Positions 38,147-51,298 of a stretch of 64,000 nucleotides of DNA are shown here, in pieces. The notes beneath the pieces are model-generated. The model did not search any database. It was not told the DNA's origin and saw nothing but the letters and a program-made list of their open reading frames with translations. Position numbers and translations under genes: made by a program. How positions within the stretch are numbered: position 1 is the first letter of the stretch; the number at the start of each line of letters is the position of its first letter. Source of the DNA: a bacterium (GTDB lineage: Bacteria > SAR324 > NAC60-12); assembly GCA_965209155.1 (NCBI GenBank), contig OZ242383.1:576001-640000 (forward strand), written 5' to 3'.

Positions 38147-41100
38147 ATGTCAACCAACTTAAGCAATCGTCATCGCATCAGGCGTTCTTTTGGCCGTATC
38201 GAAGCACCAATTGAAGTACCTAATTTACTGAAAATCCAACTGGATTCCTATGAACGATTTCTCCAAAAAAACACGCCCCCGGATCAACGCGAGGAAGAAG
38301 GACTGGAAGCTGTTTTTTGTTCGGTATTTCCCATTTCCGATTTCAGTGATTCTTCGACCCTGGAATATGTCCATTACCGTCTGGGTGAGCCCAAATATTC
38401 AGTCGAAGAATGCCGGATTCGAAGCGTCACTTATGCTGCGCCACTGCGTGCGGCGTTGCGCTTGATCGTGTGGGAAAAGGACAACGTATCGGAAGCCAAG
38501 CACATTCATGACATCAAGGAACAGGACATCTACCTGGGGGAAATTCCCCTGATGACCCCCACGGGTTCGTTTATCATCAACGGGACGGAACGAGTGATCG
38601 TCAGTCAAATGCACAAGAGTCCCGGACTTTTTTTCTCCATAGACAATACGAAAGTCAACACGGGAGGCAAAAATTTTTATTCAGCCCGCATTATTCCACA
38701 ACGGGGTTCCTGGCTTGATTTCGAATTCGACACCAAAGACATCCTCCATGCGCGAATCGACCGTCGTCGCAAATTTCCCGCTACCATTCTCTTACGAGCT
38801 TTGGGTTACACGACGGAACAAGTCCTGGAATCCTTTTACCAGTTTGAAAAAATCGATTTGCGAAAATCTCATGATATCCCGGATCGACGGCAACAAGAGT
38901 TTTTTAAATATGTCGATCCTCGGGTGACGGTCAATCAACGAGCCGCTCATGAAGTCATCGATCCTCAAAATGGAGAAGTGCTGGTCAAGGTTGGACGGAA
39001 ATTCACCGAAAAGTTGGTGCAGCGCATGAAAAAAGAGGGAATCGAGCAAATCCGGACCACCCGGGAAGACGTGCTGTACAAATACGCAGGCCGGGATGTT
39101 TATGGTCAGGAAGGAGAACTCCTGCTGGCCTGCAACAGCTTGATCGATGATGCGACACTCGATCGATTGATTGCTCACAAAATTGATACAGTCGAAGTGT
39201 TGCACATTGGCGCCAAGACCATCAGCACTTGCTTGAGGGACACGCTCTCTACCGATAATATCCCTTCTTCGGATTCCGCATTGATCGAATTGTATAAGAA
39301 ACTGAAACCGGGCGATCCCCCCACTTTAGACGCTGCCACTGCCTTATTGCACAATTTCTTTTTCAATCCGGGACGTTATAACCTGTCTAAAGTAGGACGT
39401 TTGAAACTCAACAAGAAGTTGGGACTGGAATACGACCTCGATCAATCCATCCTCACTCGTGAGGATATTTTTGGCGCAGTCCGTTACCTCTTGATGCTCA
39501 AAGAGGGGCAAGGCACGATTGACGACATCGACCATCTCGGCAATCGTCGCATCCGCAGCGTGGGTGAATTGTTGGAAAATCAATTCCGCATCGGATTGGT
39601 GCACATGGAGCGGGCCATTAAAGAAAGAATGAGCCTGCAAGATACGGAAACCATGATGCTTCATGATATCGTCAACGCCAAACCGGTTGCCGCAGCCATC
39701 CATGAATTTTTCAGCAGCAGTCAACTCTCTCAATTCATGGACCAGACCAATCCTCTTTCTGAAATCACGCATAAACGTCGCTTGAGCGCCTTGGGACCGG
39801 GCGGTCTCACTCGAGATCGAGCCGGGTTCGACGTGCGCGACGTGCACTCGTCCCATTACGGGCGCATTTGTCCCATTGAAACTCCCGAGGGTCCCAATAT
39901 CGGATTGATCGCGTCCTTGGCCACGCACGGGCACATCAACGCTTTCGGTTTCATCGAAACTCCCTATCGCCTGGTCCAAGAGGGGAAGGTCACCAATGAA
40001 GTGAAGTTTCTTTCCGCCATTGAAGAAGATTCGGTCAATATCGCGCAAGCCAATGCCAGCTTGAATGAAAAAGATGAATTTGATGCGGAATTTGTTCCAA
40101 TCCGCAAAGGAGGAGAATATGGCATGGTTCCCCGAAAGGACGTCGACTTCATTGACGTGGCTCCCTGCCAACTGGTTTCGGTGGCGGCCTCCCTGATTCC
40201 CTTTTTGGAGCATGATGATGCCAATCGCGCCTTGATGGGTTCCAATATGCAACGGCAAGGGGTTCCCCTCATTCGTTCCGAAGCGCCATTGGTCGGTACG
40301 GGAGTCGAGTATCAAGCCGCGTTGGACTCCGGGGCATGCGTGGTGGCGAAACGCTCCGGAATGGTCGACAGCGTGGATGCCGGCAGGATTGTGATTCAAG
40401 CCGATGTGGATCTTTCCAAAGAAGGTTCGGTGGTACCGGCCAACGTCGATATTTACCATTTGACCACATATCGGCGATCCAACCAGAATACTTGTATCAA
40501 CCAACGTCCCCTGGTGGATAAGGGAGATCGGGTTCATGCCGGAGATATTATAGCCGATGGCTCCAGTTGCGACAGCGGGGAATTGGCGCTCGGGCAAAAT
40601 ATCCTGATCGCCTTCATGCCCTGGAATGGTTACAATTTCGAGGATTCTATTCTTGTTTCAGAACGATTGTTGCATAAAGACCGCTTCACTTCCGTCCATA
40701 TCGATATATTTGACATGGTGGCTCGAGATATGAAGCTCGGTAAGGAAGAAATCACCCGCGATATACCCAATGTCGGGGAGGAAGCGCTGAAACAGCTGGA
40801 CGAAAGTGGCATTGTCCGCGTGGGAACCTACGTCAAACCTGGAGATATTCTCGTCGGGAAGGTCACCCCCAAAGGCGAGAGTCAACTCAATCCGGAAGAA
40901 AAATTGCTGCGCGCTATTTTTGGTGAAAAAGCGGGAGACGTGCGTGATACCTCGTTACGAGTCAATCAAGCAGTGGAAGGCGTAGTGATCGACGTCGTGG
41001 TTTTCAACCGGGGAGGGGTCGAACGAGACCAACGCACTATTGAAATCGAACAGGGTTTGCTGGATTCTTACCAAAAGGACCATGAAGATGAATTGAGAAT

Positions 41101-42325
41101 TGTAAGACGCAATTTACTCAAAATGGCGCTTCCCCTGATCCAGAACAAAAAACTGGTGAGAAAAATCTCCTCCTCGAAAGATGAAGTCTTCCTCGCTGCC
41201 GGCACCCTGCTCACTGCAGAGAATTTGGGAAGCATTCCATTGAAGAGTTGGGAGAAGATCAAAACGGAGGACCCGGAGGCCAACCACCAGCTTGAAATCC
41301 TGGTGGGCAATGCGCTTTCTCAAATGTATTTATTGGAAAACATCTACCAGGACAAATGTGAAAAAGTTTCCAAAGGTGACGAATTGCCTCCTGGAGTGAT
41401 CCGGATGGTTAAAGTTTACCTGGCCACCAAACGAAAGTTGGCGGTGGGAGACAAAATGGCAGGACGCCATGGCAATAAAGGGATCGTCTCAAAAATCCAA
41501 CCCGTGGAAAACATGCCCTACATGGAAGATGGAACTCCAATCGATATTGTTTTGAATCCCCTCGGCGTCCCCTCCCGTATGAATGTGGGTCAGGTTCTGG
41601 AAACCCACTTGGGTTGGGCGGCACGCAAATTGGGAAAACAGGTGCAGAAATTCGTGGAGGAAAACCATCCTGTTGCTAAACTGAGAAGATTATTCAAACA
41701 AATTTATAATGTTCCGGAAGTGACCCGGTACCTCAACCATCTCGATGATGCGGAATTCCTCAAGTTCGCCCGAAAATGTCAACGAGGCGTGCATATGGCG
41801 ACTCCCGTGTTTGATGGCGCGACGGAAGACGATATTCAGACCATGATGCAATTGGCGGAACTGCCCGATTCCGGACAAATCTGGCTCTATGACGGTCTGA
41901 CCGGGGAGCGATTCAGTCAAAAGGTCACAGTCGGTTACGCTTATATGCTCAAACTGCACCACCTGGTCGATGAAAAAATCCATGCCCGCTCCATTGGACC
42001 CTATTCTCTGGTAACGCAGCAACCTCTTGGGGGAAAAGCCCAGTTTGGCGGACAGCGTTTCGGAGAAATGGAAGTCTGGGCGCTGGAAGCCTATGGAGCG
42101 GCCTACACGCTGCAGGAACTGCTCACTGTCAAATCCGACGACGTCCAGGGACGAAACCGGATGTATGAGACGATTGTGAAGGGGGTCCAGCACCTGGACA
42201 CCGGAATTCCTGAATCCTTCAAGGTCCTGATCAGTGAATTGAAAAGTTTGTGCCTCAATATCGAGTTGTTACAAAACGTCGAAAACCTGCCTCCTGAAAA
42301 TGAATTGGAGGAGGAAATCCTTTGA
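38147..42325 (+). CDS. rpoB: RNA polymerase beta subunit
   Basis: [33 protein letters not shown] and [18 protein letters not shown] motifs. Confidence 0.99.
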   Translation: MSTNLSNRHRIRRSFGRIEAPIEVPNLLKIQLDSYERFLQKNTPPDQREEEGLEAVFCSVFPISDFSDSSTLEYVHYRLGEPKYSVEECRIRSVTYAAPLRAALRLIVWEKDNVSEAKHIHDIKEQDIYLGEIPLMTPTGSFIINGTERVIVSQMHKSPGLFFSIDNTKVNTGGKNFYSARIIPQRGSWLDFEFDTKDILHARIDRRRKFPATILLRALGYTTEQVLESFYQFEKIDLRKSHDIPDRRQQEFFKYVDPRVTVNQRAAHEVIDPQNGEVLVKVGRKFTEKLVQRMKKEGIEQIRTTREDVLYKYAGRDVYGQEGELLLACNSLIDDATLDRLIAHKIDTVEVLHIGAKTISTCLRDTLSTDNIPSSDSALIELYKKLKPGDPPTLDAATALLHNFFFNPGRYNLSKVGRLKLNKKLGLEYDLDQSILTREDIFGAVRYLLMLKEGQGTIDDIDHLGNRRIRSVGELLENQFRIGLVHMERAIKERMSLQDTETMMLHDIVNAKPVAAAIHEFFSSSQLSQFMDQTNPLSEITHKRRLSALGPGGLTRDRAGFDVRDVHSSHYGRICPIETPEGPNIGLIASLATHGHINAFGFIETPYRLVQEGKVTNEVKFLSAIEEDSVNIAQANASLNEKDEFDAEFVPIRKGGEYGMVPRKDVDFIDVAPCQLVSVAASLIPFLEHDDANRALMGSNMQRQGVPLIRSEAPLVGTGVEYQAALDSGACVVAKRSGMVDSVDAGRIVIQADVDLSKEGSVVPANVDIYHLTTYRRSNQNTCINQRPLVDKGDRVHAGDIIADGSSCDSGELALGQNILIAFMPWNGYNFEDSILVSERLLHKDRFTSVHIDIFDMVARDMKLGKEEITRDIPNVGEEALKQLDESGIVRVGTYVKPGDILVGKVTPKGESQLNPEEKLLRAIFGEKAGDVRDTSLRVNQAVEGVVIDVVVFNRGGVERDQRTIEIEQGLLDSYQKDHEDELRIVRRNLLKMALPLIQNKKLVRKISSSKDEVFLAAGTLLTAENLGSIPLKSWEKIKTEDPEANHQLEILVGNALSQMYLLENIYQDKCEKVSKGDELPPGVIRMVKVYLATKRKLAVGDKMAGRHGNKGIVSKIQPVENMPYMEDGTPIDIVLNPLGVPSRMNVGQVLETHLGWAARKLGKQVQKFVEENHPVAKLRRLFKQIYNVPEVTRYLNHLDDAEFLKFARKCQRGVHMATPVFDGATEDDIQTMMQLAELPDSGQIWLYDGLTGERFSQKVTVGYAYMLKLHHLVDEKIHARSIGPYSLVTQQPLGGKAQFGGQRFGEMEVWALEAYGAAYTLQELLTVKSDDVQGRNRMYETIVKGVQHLDTGIPESFKVLISELKSLCLNIELLQNVENLPPENELEEEIL

Positions 42326-42393
42326 AAAGCGCATGTTGTGATGGAAACCCTCTCTTCTCTCGAATGAGAGTCACCCTTTAGCAGGAGAAAATC

Positions 42394-45300
42394 GTGATTT
42401 CTTTAAAAAGCTTGTTCGAACTCACCATCAATCCCAAAGATTACAATGCCGTGAGGATCAATATCGCGACCCATGACGATGTTTTATCGTGGACGAATGG
42501 GGAAGTGAAGACTTCTGAAACCATCAATTACCGGACATTCAAGCCTGAACGCGATGGCTTGTTTTGCGCCAAGATTTTTGGGCCCATTCACGATTATGAA
42601 TGCAATTGCGGCAAATACAAGCGCATGAAACACCGGGGAATCACTTGTGAAAAATGTGGAGTGGAAGTGATTCACTCCAAAGTACGGCGGGAAAGAATGG
42701 GACATATCAAGCTGGCTTCTCCTGTTTCGCATATCTGGTTTTTGAAAGGAGTGCCCAGTCGCATTGGCACTTTATTGGACATGACCTTACGAGATCTCGA
42801 ACGTGTGCTTTATTTCGACTCCTATGTCGTCCTGGAACCTGGAAGTTCCGGATTGAACGAAAAAGAACTGGTGGAAGAAGACAAATACCGGGAGTTACTC
42901 GAACAACACCCCGATCTCGAATTGGGAATGGGAGCGGAGTCCGTCAAATTGTTACTCCAACGGATCGATCCCAACCTCTTGAGTGAAACCTTGCATAAGG
43001 AATTGAGAGAATCGGGATCCGAAGCGCGTCGCAAACGCATCGTGAAACGTCTGAATATCATCAATGCCCTCAAAATGTCGGGCAATGCGCCCGATTCCAT
43101 GATTGTCGATACCCTGCCCATCTTGCCCCCGGAACTCCGCCCTCTCGTCCCCTTGGAAGGAGGCCGTTTCGCGACCAGTGATCTCAATGACCTCTACCGT
43201 CGAGTCATTCATCGGAATAACCGACTGAAACGATTGCTCGAATTGAGAGCTCCCACCATCATTATAAAAAATGAAAAAAGGATGTTGCAAGAATCGGTGG
43301 ATGCCTTATTCGACAATGGACGACGAGGTCGTCCCATCATGGGAACCAATAAAAGACCCTTGAAATCCCTCAGCGATATGCTCAAAGGGAAACAGGGCCG
43401 TTTTCGCCAGAACCTGTTGGGGAAACGGGTTGATTATTCGGGGAGAACCGTGATTGTCGTGGGACCGGAGTTGAAACTGCACCAGTGCGGATTGCCCAAG
43501 AAGATGGCCTTGGAATTGTTCAAACCTTTTATCTACCACAAACTGATTGACGGCAACGAAATTCCAACCATCAAAATGGCGAAAAAGAAACTGGAAGAAG
43601 CTTCTCCGGAAGTCTGGGCGATCCTCGAAGAGGTCATCGTCGACCATCCCGTGATGCTCAATCGCGCCCCCACCCTGCACCGTCTGGGTATTCAATCTTT
43701 TGAACCCGTGTTGATCGAAGGGAAAGCGATTCAACTGCATCCCCTGGTTTGTACGGCATTCAATGCGGATTTCGATGGCGACCAAATGGCGGTTCACGTC
43801 CCGCTTTCCGTGGAAGCGCAACTGGAAACGAAAATATTGATGATGGCCACGAATAATATTTTGTCGCCTGCCAGTGGAAAGCCGGTGATGGCACCCAACC
43901 AGGATATGGTGCTGGGGCTGTACTGGATCACCCGTGAACACGAGGGGGTTCAAGGGGAAGGTATGATTTTCTCCAACCCGGACGAAGTGCGCATGGCTTT
44001 TGAACACAAGAAGGTCGATTTGCAGGCGAAAATCAAAGTACGTTTCAATGACCGGATTTTCGATACGACGGTCGGACGGGTTCTTCTGGCCTCCGTGATT
44101 CCCAAGGAAGTTCCCTTCGACTTGATCAACCAGCACTTGAATAAAAAACAATTGGGTGAGCTTGTTGATATTTCCTACCGGCAAGCAGGCAGCGTCAAAA
44201 CCGTTCAAATGCTGGATTCCTTGAAAAACCTGGGATACGCCTATGCCACCAATGCGGGATTTTCCATTGGAATGCAAGACATGGTCATCCCGCCCTTGAA
44301 AGGAAGATTGCTTGAGGAAGCCCAGCAAAAAGTCAATAAAATCAATTCGCAATATCAAGATGGATTGATTACCGACGGAGAGAGATACAACCAGGTGATC
44401 GACATATGGGCACGGGTTACGGAAAAAATTGCCGAGGAGATGTTAAAAGGATTGACGGAGGAAATCGTAGACCTGGATGGGACCCCAAAAGTCAATTCCA
44501 TCTACATGATGGCCGATTCCGGGGCACGGGGAAGCGCCCAGCAAATGAAGCAATTGGCAGGCATGCGCGGGCTCATGGCCAAACCTTCCGGAGAAATTAT
44601 CGAGAATCCCATTACCGCCAATTTCCGGGAAGGATTGGACGTCTTGCAGTACTTCATCTCCACGCATGGTGCTCGCAAAGGTTTGGCCGACACTGCGCTC
44701 AAAACCGCTAACTCGGGATACCTCACCCGTCGCTTGGTGGATGTGGCGCAGGACTGCGTGGTGATGGAAGAAGATTGTGGTTCTCTGGATGGAATCGATA
44801 TCACCGCCCTCATTGAATCAGGGGAAATCATTGAACCGCTCTCGGAACGGATCCTGGGACGAATCGTCCTGGAGGACGTGATGGACCCTGACGATGAAAC
44901 CCGCTTCCTGGTGCAAGCCGGTCAGGAAGTCACGGAAGACATCGTGGATAAAATCGATAAGGCCGGTATTGAAAAATTGAAAATCCGCTCCGTCTTGACG
45001 TGCATGACGGAACGCGGCATTTGTCGAAAATGCTACGGACGTGACCTGGCACGTGGGAGTGTGATCAATATCGGGGAATCCGTGGGTGTGATTGCCGCCC
45101 AAAGTATCGGAGAGCCGGGGACCCAACTGACTATGCGTACTTTCCATATTGGGGGAACGGCCAGTCGACGGGCTGAGCAAAACACCTGGGATGCCAGGTT
45201 CAGTGGAATTTTACGTCTCAAAGATTTGAAGGAAGTCAAGAATGAGGGAGGCTTTTGGACCGTCTTGGGAAGACGCGGGGAAGCTGCTATCGTCGACGAA

Positions 45301-46524
45301 AACGGGAGGGAAAAAGAAAGACATCCCCTTCCCTTGGGCGCCATCATTAAACTTGAAAATGGTGCCCGAGTCGCTCAAGGAGATCAAATTGCCGAATGGG
45401 ATCCCTTCTCCGTCCCCATCCTGACCGACGTTTCGGGATCTATTCGTTTCAATGACATCATTGAAGGACAAACGGTCAGGGAACAAGTGGATGAAGCCAC
45501 CGGTTTGGCGCGGCAAGTCATCCTGGCCTCTCCGGATCCCGACATGCATCCCCAGGTTTCGGTCCGTGATGGCGGAGGACTCGTATTAAAAAACACGAAT
45601 GGCGGTCCTGCCGTTTTCTCCCTTCCTGTCAAAGCCGAGTTGGTGGTGGAAGATGGTCAGGAAGTCCATGCTGGTGATATTCTCGCCAAGATTCCCAGAG
45701 AACTGGCGAAAAACAAAGACATCACGGGGGGTTTGCCTCGCGTGGCGGAATTGTTCGAAGCGCGTATCCCCAAGGATCAAGCCATTATCAGCGAAATTGA
45801 CGGAATCGTCAATTTTGGCAAAGACGTTAAAAAGAAACAAAAAATCATCATTCAACCCGAAGACGAGAAAGGCGAATCCAAGGAATATCTGATTCCTCGT
45901 GGTAAGCATATCACGGTTCATGAAGGCGAATACGTGCGTGCAGGGGACCCCTTGATCGATGGTTCTCCCAACCCGCATGATATTCTTGCCGTTAAAGGAA
46001 TCAAGGAACTGCAAAAATATTTGGTTGATGAAGTTCAAGAAGTGTATCGTCTGCAGGGAGTCGGAATCAACGACAAACACATTGAAGTGATTGTGCGTCA
46101 AATGCTCAAGCAGGTTTTTATTCAGGATTCGGGAGATTCGACCTTCCTGATAGGCGAAGTGGTTTCGCGAAGCAAGTTCAACCAGGAGAATCAGGAATTG
46201 ATCGATAAAGGGCTGAAACCGGCGCGTTCGAGACCGGTCCTTTTGGGAATCACCCGAGCCGCGCTGAGCACCGACTCTTTCATTTCCGCAGCATCTTTTC
46301 AGGAAACGACGAAAGTGCTCACCGATACGGCCTTGGGAGGAAAGTATGATACTTTTCGCGGGTTGAAGGAAAACGTGATCCTGGGCAGGTTGATCCCGGC
46401 AGGCACAGGTTATTCCGGATTTAAAAATGTGTCCTACCGGCATATCCCTGAAATCATAATCTCTCACAGACCATCCGGAACTCCGCATACTCCGGAACCC
46501 TCGGAAGAATTTGCGGAAATTTGA
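42394..46524 (+). CDS. rpoC: RNA polymerase beta' subunit
   Basis: [20 protein letters not shown] and Zn-binding cysteines. Confidence 0.99.
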   Translation: MISLKSLFELTINPKDYNAVRINIATHDDVLSWTNGEVKTSETINYRTFKPERDGLFCAKIFGPIHDYECNCGKYKRMKHRGITCEKCGVEVIHSKVRRERMGHIKLASPVSHIWFLKGVPSRIGTLLDMTLRDLERVLYFDSYVVLEPGSSGLNEKELVEEDKYRELLEQHPDLELGMGAESVKLLLQRIDPNLLSETLHKELRESGSEARRKRIVKRLNIINALKMSGNAPDSMIVDTLPILPPELRPLVPLEGGRFATSDLNDLYRRVIHRNNRLKRLLELRAPTIIIKNEKRMLQESVDALFDNGRRGRPIMGTNKRPLKSLSDMLKGKQGRFRQNLLGKRVDYSGRTVIVVGPELKLHQCGLPKKMALELFKPFIYHKLIDGNEIPTIKMAKKKLEEASPEVWAILEEVIVDHPVMLNRAPTLHRLGIQSFEPVLIEGKAIQLHPLVCTAFNADFDGDQMAVHVPLSVEAQLETKILMMATNNILSPASGKPVMAPNQDMVLGLYWITREHEGVQGEGMIFSNPDEVRMAFEHKKVDLQAKIKVRFNDRIFDTTVGRVLLASVIPKEVPFDLINQHLNKKQLGELVDISYRQAGSVKTVQMLDSLKNLGYAYATNAGFSIGMQDMVIPPLKGRLLEEAQQKVNKINSQYQDGLITDGERYNQVIDIWARVTEKIAEEMLKGLTEEIVDLDGTPKVNSIYMMADSGARGSAQQMKQLAGMRGLMAKPSGEIIENPITANFREGLDVLQYFISTHGARKGLADTALKTANSGYLTRRLVDVAQDCVVMEEDCGSLDGIDITALIESGEIIEPLSERILGRIVLEDVMDPDDETRFLVQAGQEVTEDIVDKIDKAGIEKLKIRSVLTCMTERGICRKCYGRDLARGSVINIGESVGVIAAQSIGEPGTQLTMRTFHIGGTASRRAEQNTWDARFSGILRLKDLKEVKNEGGFWTVLGRRGEAAIVDENGREKERHPLPLGAIIKLENGARVAQGDQIAEWDPFSVPILTDVSGSIRFNDIIEGQTVREQVDEATGLARQVILASPDPDMHPQVSVRDGGGLVLKNTNGGPAVFSLPVKAELVVEDGQEVHAGDILAKIPRELAKNKDITGGLPRVAELFEARIPKDQAIISEIDGIVNFGKDVKKKQKIIIQPEDEKGESKEYLIPRGKHITVHEGEYVRAGDPLIDGSPNPHDILAVKGIKELQKYLVDEVQEVYRLQGVGINDKHIEVIVRQMLKQVFIQDSGDSTFLIGEVVSRSKFNQENQELIDKGLKPARSRPVLLGITRAALSTDSFISAASFQETTKVLTDTALGGKYDTFRGLKENVILGRLIPAGTGYSGFKNVSYRHIPEIIISHRPSGTPHTPEPSEEFAEI

Positions 46525-46587
46525 TCAAGACTTCCCGTCGAATCCATCACGACGCCGTGATGGGGGTTGCTCTCGGAATTCCGGCAG

Positions 46588-48036
46588 TCACCGGCTTGGT
46601 GATTCGTCATGGAACTGTTCTAAAAAACGAAGCAGTCGACATCGCTCGCAGCCCTGGTCGAAGCTCTGGCAAAAATCCTGGTGGATCTGCAGCAGGCCCT
46701 GTTGAATGCGAAGGGTCTTTTGTTTCAAAGCAACTCGAGGAAAAGGCAGAAGGCGTTTTTCCATAAAACGTATACGTCGGTTGGTAGATTCCGGGGGCAG
46801 GACAATGAAGAGACGGTAGAGGAGTTTTTCCAGGGCAAGCCATTTCTCGTGACGGGCGTATGCCAGGAAAAAAGGAATGATCGCATTGGCCCAGGTAATC
46901 AGTTGTCGATCCTTTCCGATCAGTTGAGCACCGGAAGTATTTCGGGTATCCGGCATACCCAGGAAGGATTGCCAGGTTTCCCAGTCAGGAGTCGCAAACA
47001 CATGCTGGGTGTGCCACAGGGTCTGTTCTTTCAGCGATTTTTCTGTCGAGATCGATTCCAGCTCCGTTAAGATTGTTAACCAGCCTTTCAACAATCCTTG
47101 TGAACTCAAGTGACGGAGGTGGTGAAACATTCCAATCAAACGCCGCTCGGGTGCATTTTGCGGGCGTGACGTCATAGCGAACTTCCCGGCGATTTTTTGC
47201 TTCACGCTTTGATTTTGCCATCTTTCTCGCCACTGGTGGTACTCTTTCCTGAGCGTCGCATGAACAAAGCGAGGAGTCTCCCTCGAAAACAGGTCACAGG
47301 CTCCAAACCACCGGGACAGAATTTCCGTTCTTGCCACGCGATAGGGTTGTTGGAGCAGGGGATAAAGCAACGAAATCGGGAACAATTGAGCCAATTCTTC
47401 AAAGGAGTGGGAGTGAGCGCTGTAGCCCAGGGATTTGAATATCAATTGGAATAGCAGTTGCTCCGGATCATGTCCTTCCCATTGCTCCGCAATTCGATCC
47501 ACTTTACGCTGCATCCTGTTTTCTGCCGCATGTGCCAACAACTGCTCCAGCGGTGAGGCGCCCCATTCCACCACCATCATCCCGCATCGTCCTGGTAAAT
47601 GGTCGTAACGATTCAGCAATTCGCTTTCGTCGCCCAGCATGGTCAGTACGTTCTTATTTAAGCGGGGACGGAGTTCCAATGCAGGAACTGCCATTCCATC
47701 TTCTCTTTCAATGGGGTGAATCGTGTTCTGGTCGAGCACGATATGGAGAATCACGGAATTGTATGCGGGGTTATGCTGGTGTTTGTGATGGTGCCAGGCT
47801 GAAGACTGCAAATGCACCTCCACGGTACCATGTAAAATGACATCGCCAATCACAATTTGCGCATCGTGGAAGTCCGGCCCGATTCCCTTGTTGAGCCACC
47901 CCGGAAAGCGAATTTCAATCTTTTCTCCACCCGTACTTTGAAGATTTTTTTTGTCGAAGATTTGATGCGCCCAAATCGCTTGCAGCCAACTTTCCCTTTG
48001 ATGCGCAATCTCTTGAATGTGGGTAGATTTGCTCAT
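46588..48036 (-). CDS. DUF2851-like protein
   Basis: PG.LN...GPDF.DA, G.VEVH..SS.W..H.H...PAYNSVILHIV; C-terminal C......C..C. Confidence 0.75.
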   Translation of the reverse strand: MSKSTHIQEIAHQRESWLQAIWAHQIFDKKNLQSTGGEKIEIRFPGWLNKGIGPDFHDAQIVIGDVILHGTVEVHLQSSAWHHHKHQHNPAYNSVILHIVLDQNTIHPIEREDGMAVPALELRPRLNKNVLTMLGDESELLNRYDHLPGRCGMMVVEWGASPLEQLLAHAAENRMQRKVDRIAEQWEGHDPEQLLFQLIFKSLGYSAHSHSFEELAQLFPISLLYPLLQQPYRVARTEILSRWFGACDLFSRETPRFVHATLRKEYHQWRERWQNQSVKQKIAGKFAMTSRPQNAPERRLIGMFHHLRHLSSQGLLKGWLTILTELESISTEKSLKEQTLWHTQHVFATPDWETWQSFLGMPDTRNTSGAQLIGKDRQLITWANAIIPFFLAYARHEKWLALEKLLYRLFIVLPPESTNRRIRFMEKRLLPFPRVALKQKTLRIQQGLLQIHQDFCQSFDQGCERCRLLRFLEQFHDESPSR

Positions 48037-48336
48037 CGACTTCGCCTTTCACTTCAGTACGAAACTTTTTTGCCGTTCTTTCAGAACTGATATCATGTTT
48101 TTCCTAATCCGTCCATTGCATCACAATCGAACAGGCGCTGTCAATGGCACTTTATTTCAAATCGGGTCTCTTGGAAATCCATTCAATATTCACTTGTCTG
48201 TTCATTCCGCTCTGATTATATTACCATTCACTTTCAATTCCCCTTTTGTCTCTTTCCAGGGAGAAATTCCGGAGCAAATATGCTAAACAGGACATGAGTT
48301 TCAAACTGAAAAATACCGTCGCCCTATTCACCCGCA

Positions 48337-48777
48337 ATGGACAACCTACTGACTAAAGAAGATCAAGATTTTATAAATTCGATTTACCAGGATCTCAAAG
48401 AATTTGTTGAATCGGATGAAGAAATGCTGGAATTCCAACCGATGAATTCCTATCAAAGGAGGCTCGTGCACAAGCTGGTCGCCAATTTCCGGCTCAAGAG
48501 CCATTCGGTTGGCGAAGAAGAGCGCTTCGTTTGCGTCGTGAGAACGGATGACAGCCTCGTTCCCGCAATGGAGATTGATCCTTCACAACCTGTGTATGAT
48601 TACGGGATGCAAACTTATTTTACCGCACCCGTTACGCGGATCGTATTGCGTTCTGATGGCAGTTTCGGGATTCCTTTGAAATCGGAGCGATTCGCGCTAT
48701 TGGATGAACGAGTGGTCGAGCGAGCTTTTCGCATTCGAAAAAATAAAATCGTCTGTCATGGCGAAAAAGGGTGGTAG
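48337..48777 (+). CDS. R3H domain protein
   Basis: PMNSYQRRLVH..SHSVGEE..R motif. Confidence 0.8.
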   Translation: MDNLLTKEDQDFINSIYQDLKEFVESDEEMLEFQPMNSYQRRLVHKLVANFRLKSHSVGEEERFVCVVRTDDSLVPAMEIDPSQPVYDYGMQTYFTAPVTRIVLRSDGSFGIPLKSERFALLDERVVERAFRIRKNKIVCHGEKGW

Positions 48778-48813
48778 CGTCTATCCCTCTGGTGCCGCTT
48801 CCGTTCAAGAAAT

Positions 48814-49761
48814 ATGGCCTTACTGAAAGTCGAAAATCTCTACAAACACTTTCCCATCCATAGCGGGGTCCTTCTACGTGAAAGAAGTCGGGCATCGGTT
48901 TTGAATGGTATTTCTTTTGAATTGGAATCGAGTGAAATTCTGGGAATCGTTGGTGAATCGGGATGTGGTAAATCCACCTTGGCCCGTTTGATAATGAGGA
49001 TTTATGAACCGTCTGCAGGCCATGTGGAACTCGATGGGACCGCCATCTGTTCTTATCCCCGTCAATCGTACTACCATCGCGTTCAAATGATCTTCCAGGA
49101 CCCTTTTTCCTCGCTGAATCCCAAAATGACCGTCGCGGCGCATCTCGGTGAAATGATCCGGATGCACCAGCCTTCCCAAGATGTCACCACGGTTTGTAAA
49201 AGATTGCTCGATGAAGTCGGCTTACCCCAAAGCGCGTTGAAAAAGTATCCTCATGAGTTCAGTGGGGGGCAACGTCAACGGATCGCCATCGCCCGCGCTT
49301 TGAGCGCGAACCCCACTTTGTTGATTGCCGATGAGCCGGTTTCGGCATTGGATGTTTCCATTCAAGCCCAAATTCTCAACTTGTTGAAAGATCTTCAAGA
49401 GCAACATCAATTGAGCCTCCTCTTTATATCTCATGATTTAAAAATCGTTGATTTTTTTTGTGGTCGCATCCTCGTCATGTACCTGGGAAAAATTGTTGAA
49501 GAGTTACAGGAAAAATCACTAAGCACCCAGGCTCAGCATCCATACACTCATGCCTTGTTGCAAAGTATGCCCACCCTTGCGAAAAAAGCGACGGGACTAC
49601 AAGTTCTACCCGGAGAAATTCCTTCCCCCCTGAACTTGCCCGAAGGGTGCGGATTTTATTCCCGTTGCCACCGCAGGCACGGCATATGTGAACAACATGC
49701 TCCGCATCTCCTTGAAAATTTTCCACACCATAAAGTGGCCTGTTGGGATGTCAATCCATAG
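48814..49761 (+). CDS. Oligopeptide/dipeptide ABC ATPase (OppF/AppF-like)
   Basis: GESGCGKST, YPHEFSGGQRQR and a C-terminal Cys cluster. Confidence 0.9.
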   Translation: MALLKVENLYKHFPIHSGVLLRERSRASVLNGISFELESSEILGIVGESGCGKSTLARLIMRIYEPSAGHVELDGTAICSYPRQSYYHRVQMIFQDPFSSLNPKMTVAAHLGEMIRMHQPSQDVTTVCKRLLDEVGLPQSALKKYPHEFSGGQRQRIAIARALSANPTLLIADEPVSALDVSIQAQILNLLKDLQEQHQLSLLFISHDLKIVDFFCGRILVMYLGKIVEELQEKSLSTQAQHPYTHALLQSMPTLAKKATGLQVLPGEIPSPLNLPEGCGFYSRCHRRHGICEQHAPHLLENFPHHKVACWDVNP

Positions 49762-49861
49762 CACGAAATGAAGTTACAGAACTTTGACTAAAATTGAGAT
49801 TTCCTGTAAATCTTATTTCAAATTCAAAGAACATCCATTTCTACAATGAGGAAAAGAGAAA

Positions 49862-51298
49862 ATGGCATTTGATCCAAAGATAAAAAATGAGTTGATCGGG
49901 ATTGTAGGCGCGCAATGGGTCAAGGACGATCCCGTCACGTTATACACTTATAAATCAGACGCGTTGACCCTCTACTCCGGAATGCCGATGGGAGTAGTTT
50001 TCCCGGAAAATCGGGACGAATTGGTGGCAATTGTAAAGTTACTGCATAGCCATCGTATTACTTTTTTACCACGAGGAGCCGGGACCGGATTGTCGGGTGG
50101 CGCTATCCCCAAAGAAGAAAGCGTGATCCTGGAAATGTTCCGCTTTCGTCGAATTCATGAAATCGATTTTCTCAATCGCTCCATTTCCGTGGGCCCCGGG
50201 GTGGTCAACCTGAAAATCTCGGAACAGGTCAAACCAAACGGATATTATTACGTTCCTGATCCTTCTTCTCAGAAAGCATGTACGGTTGGGGGCAATGTCG
50301 CGGAAAATTCAGGAGGACCGCATACCCTCAAGTACGGAGTGACCGTCAACCATGTTTTAGGCATCGAGGCGGTTCTTCCCGATGGAGCCGTAGTCGAATT
50401 GGGCGGAAAACACTGGGGTTCTCCTGGACCTGACCTCTTGGGATTATTTATTGGGTCGGAAGGAACTTTCGGAGTGGTGACCAAGGTCATTTGCCGTCTG
50501 ACGCCAATTCCTGAAAAAGTGATAACTTTCCTTGGTGTTTTTCCTTCAATCCGGGACGCTTGTCAAGCCGTGTCCAGCACAATACGACAAGGTATCATTC
50601 CGGCAGCCATGGAGTTGATTGATAACGTGATCATCCAGGCAGTTGAAAAATCGATCGCTCCCGGTTTCCCACTCGATGCGGAAGCCGTACTCCTGGTGGA
50701 ATTGGAGGATCTGAAAGAAGGAATAGAAGAAGAAGCATTCCGCGTCGCAAAAATCCTCCAGGACCACAATGCTACCGATGTGCGACGGGCGCAAAGTCAG
50801 GAAGAACGAGCTTTGATCTGGAAAGCAAGAAAAGAGGCATTTGGCGCGATCGGCAACCTTTGCCCGAGCTACTACGTGCAAGATGGCGTCATTCCCCGCA
50901 GTTCACTGCCTGAAGTATTGGAACGCGTATTAGCCATTGGTAAAAAATACAACTTGACCATCGCCAATGTCTTTCATGCAGGCGACGGCAATCTACACCC
51001 TCTCATTTTGTACAATTACAAGGATCCGCAAGATATCCGGAATGCGGATAAAGCGGGGCAGGAAATTCTGAGCATCTGCGCTTCAGTGGGAGGATCTTTA
51101 TCGGGAGAACATGGCATTGGATTGGAAAAAATAGACCTGATGTCCCATATTTTTTCAGAAACCGACTTGAACAACATGACCTGGATTCGTTCCTTTTTCA
51201 ACCCGGACAACCTCCTCAACCCCGGCAAAATTTTTCCCACGCCTGGTAAATGCATGGAGACCAAATTCGTTCAAAGTAAAAGTGGAGTTCACGTGTGA
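49862..51298 (+). CDS. glcD: Glycolate oxidase FAD subunit
   Basis: RGAGTGLSGG, PDPSSQ, HAGDGNLHP and GEHGIG motifs. Confidence 0.9.
   Translation: MAFDPKIKNELIGIVGAQWVKDDPVTLYTYKSDALTLYSGMPMGVVFPENRDELVAIVKLLHSHRITFLPRGAGTGLSGGAIPKEESVILEMFRFRRIHEIDFLNRSISVGPGVVNLKISEQVKPNGYYYVPDPSSQKACTVGGNVAENSGGPHTLKYGVTVNHVLGIEAVLPDGAVVELGGKHWGSPGPDLLGLFIGSEGTFGVVTKVICRLTPIPEKVITFLGVFPSIRDACQAVSSTIRQGIIPAAMELIDNVIIQAVEKSIAPGFPLDAEAVLLVELEDLKEGIEEEAFRVAKILQDHNATDVRRAQSQEERALIWKARKEAFGAIGNLCPSYYVQDGVIPRSSLPEVLERVLAIGKKYNLTIANVFHAGDGNLHPLILYNYKDPQDIRNADKAGQEILSICASVGGSLSGEHGIGLEKIDLMSHIFSETDLNNMTWIRSFFNPDNLLNPGKIFPTPGKCMETKFVQSKSGVHV

Noticed and set aside
39344..46488. Long antisense ORFs (417, 350 and 300 aa) opposite rpoB/rpoC
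   Set aside because: Shadow frames of conserved coding sequence with no motifs.
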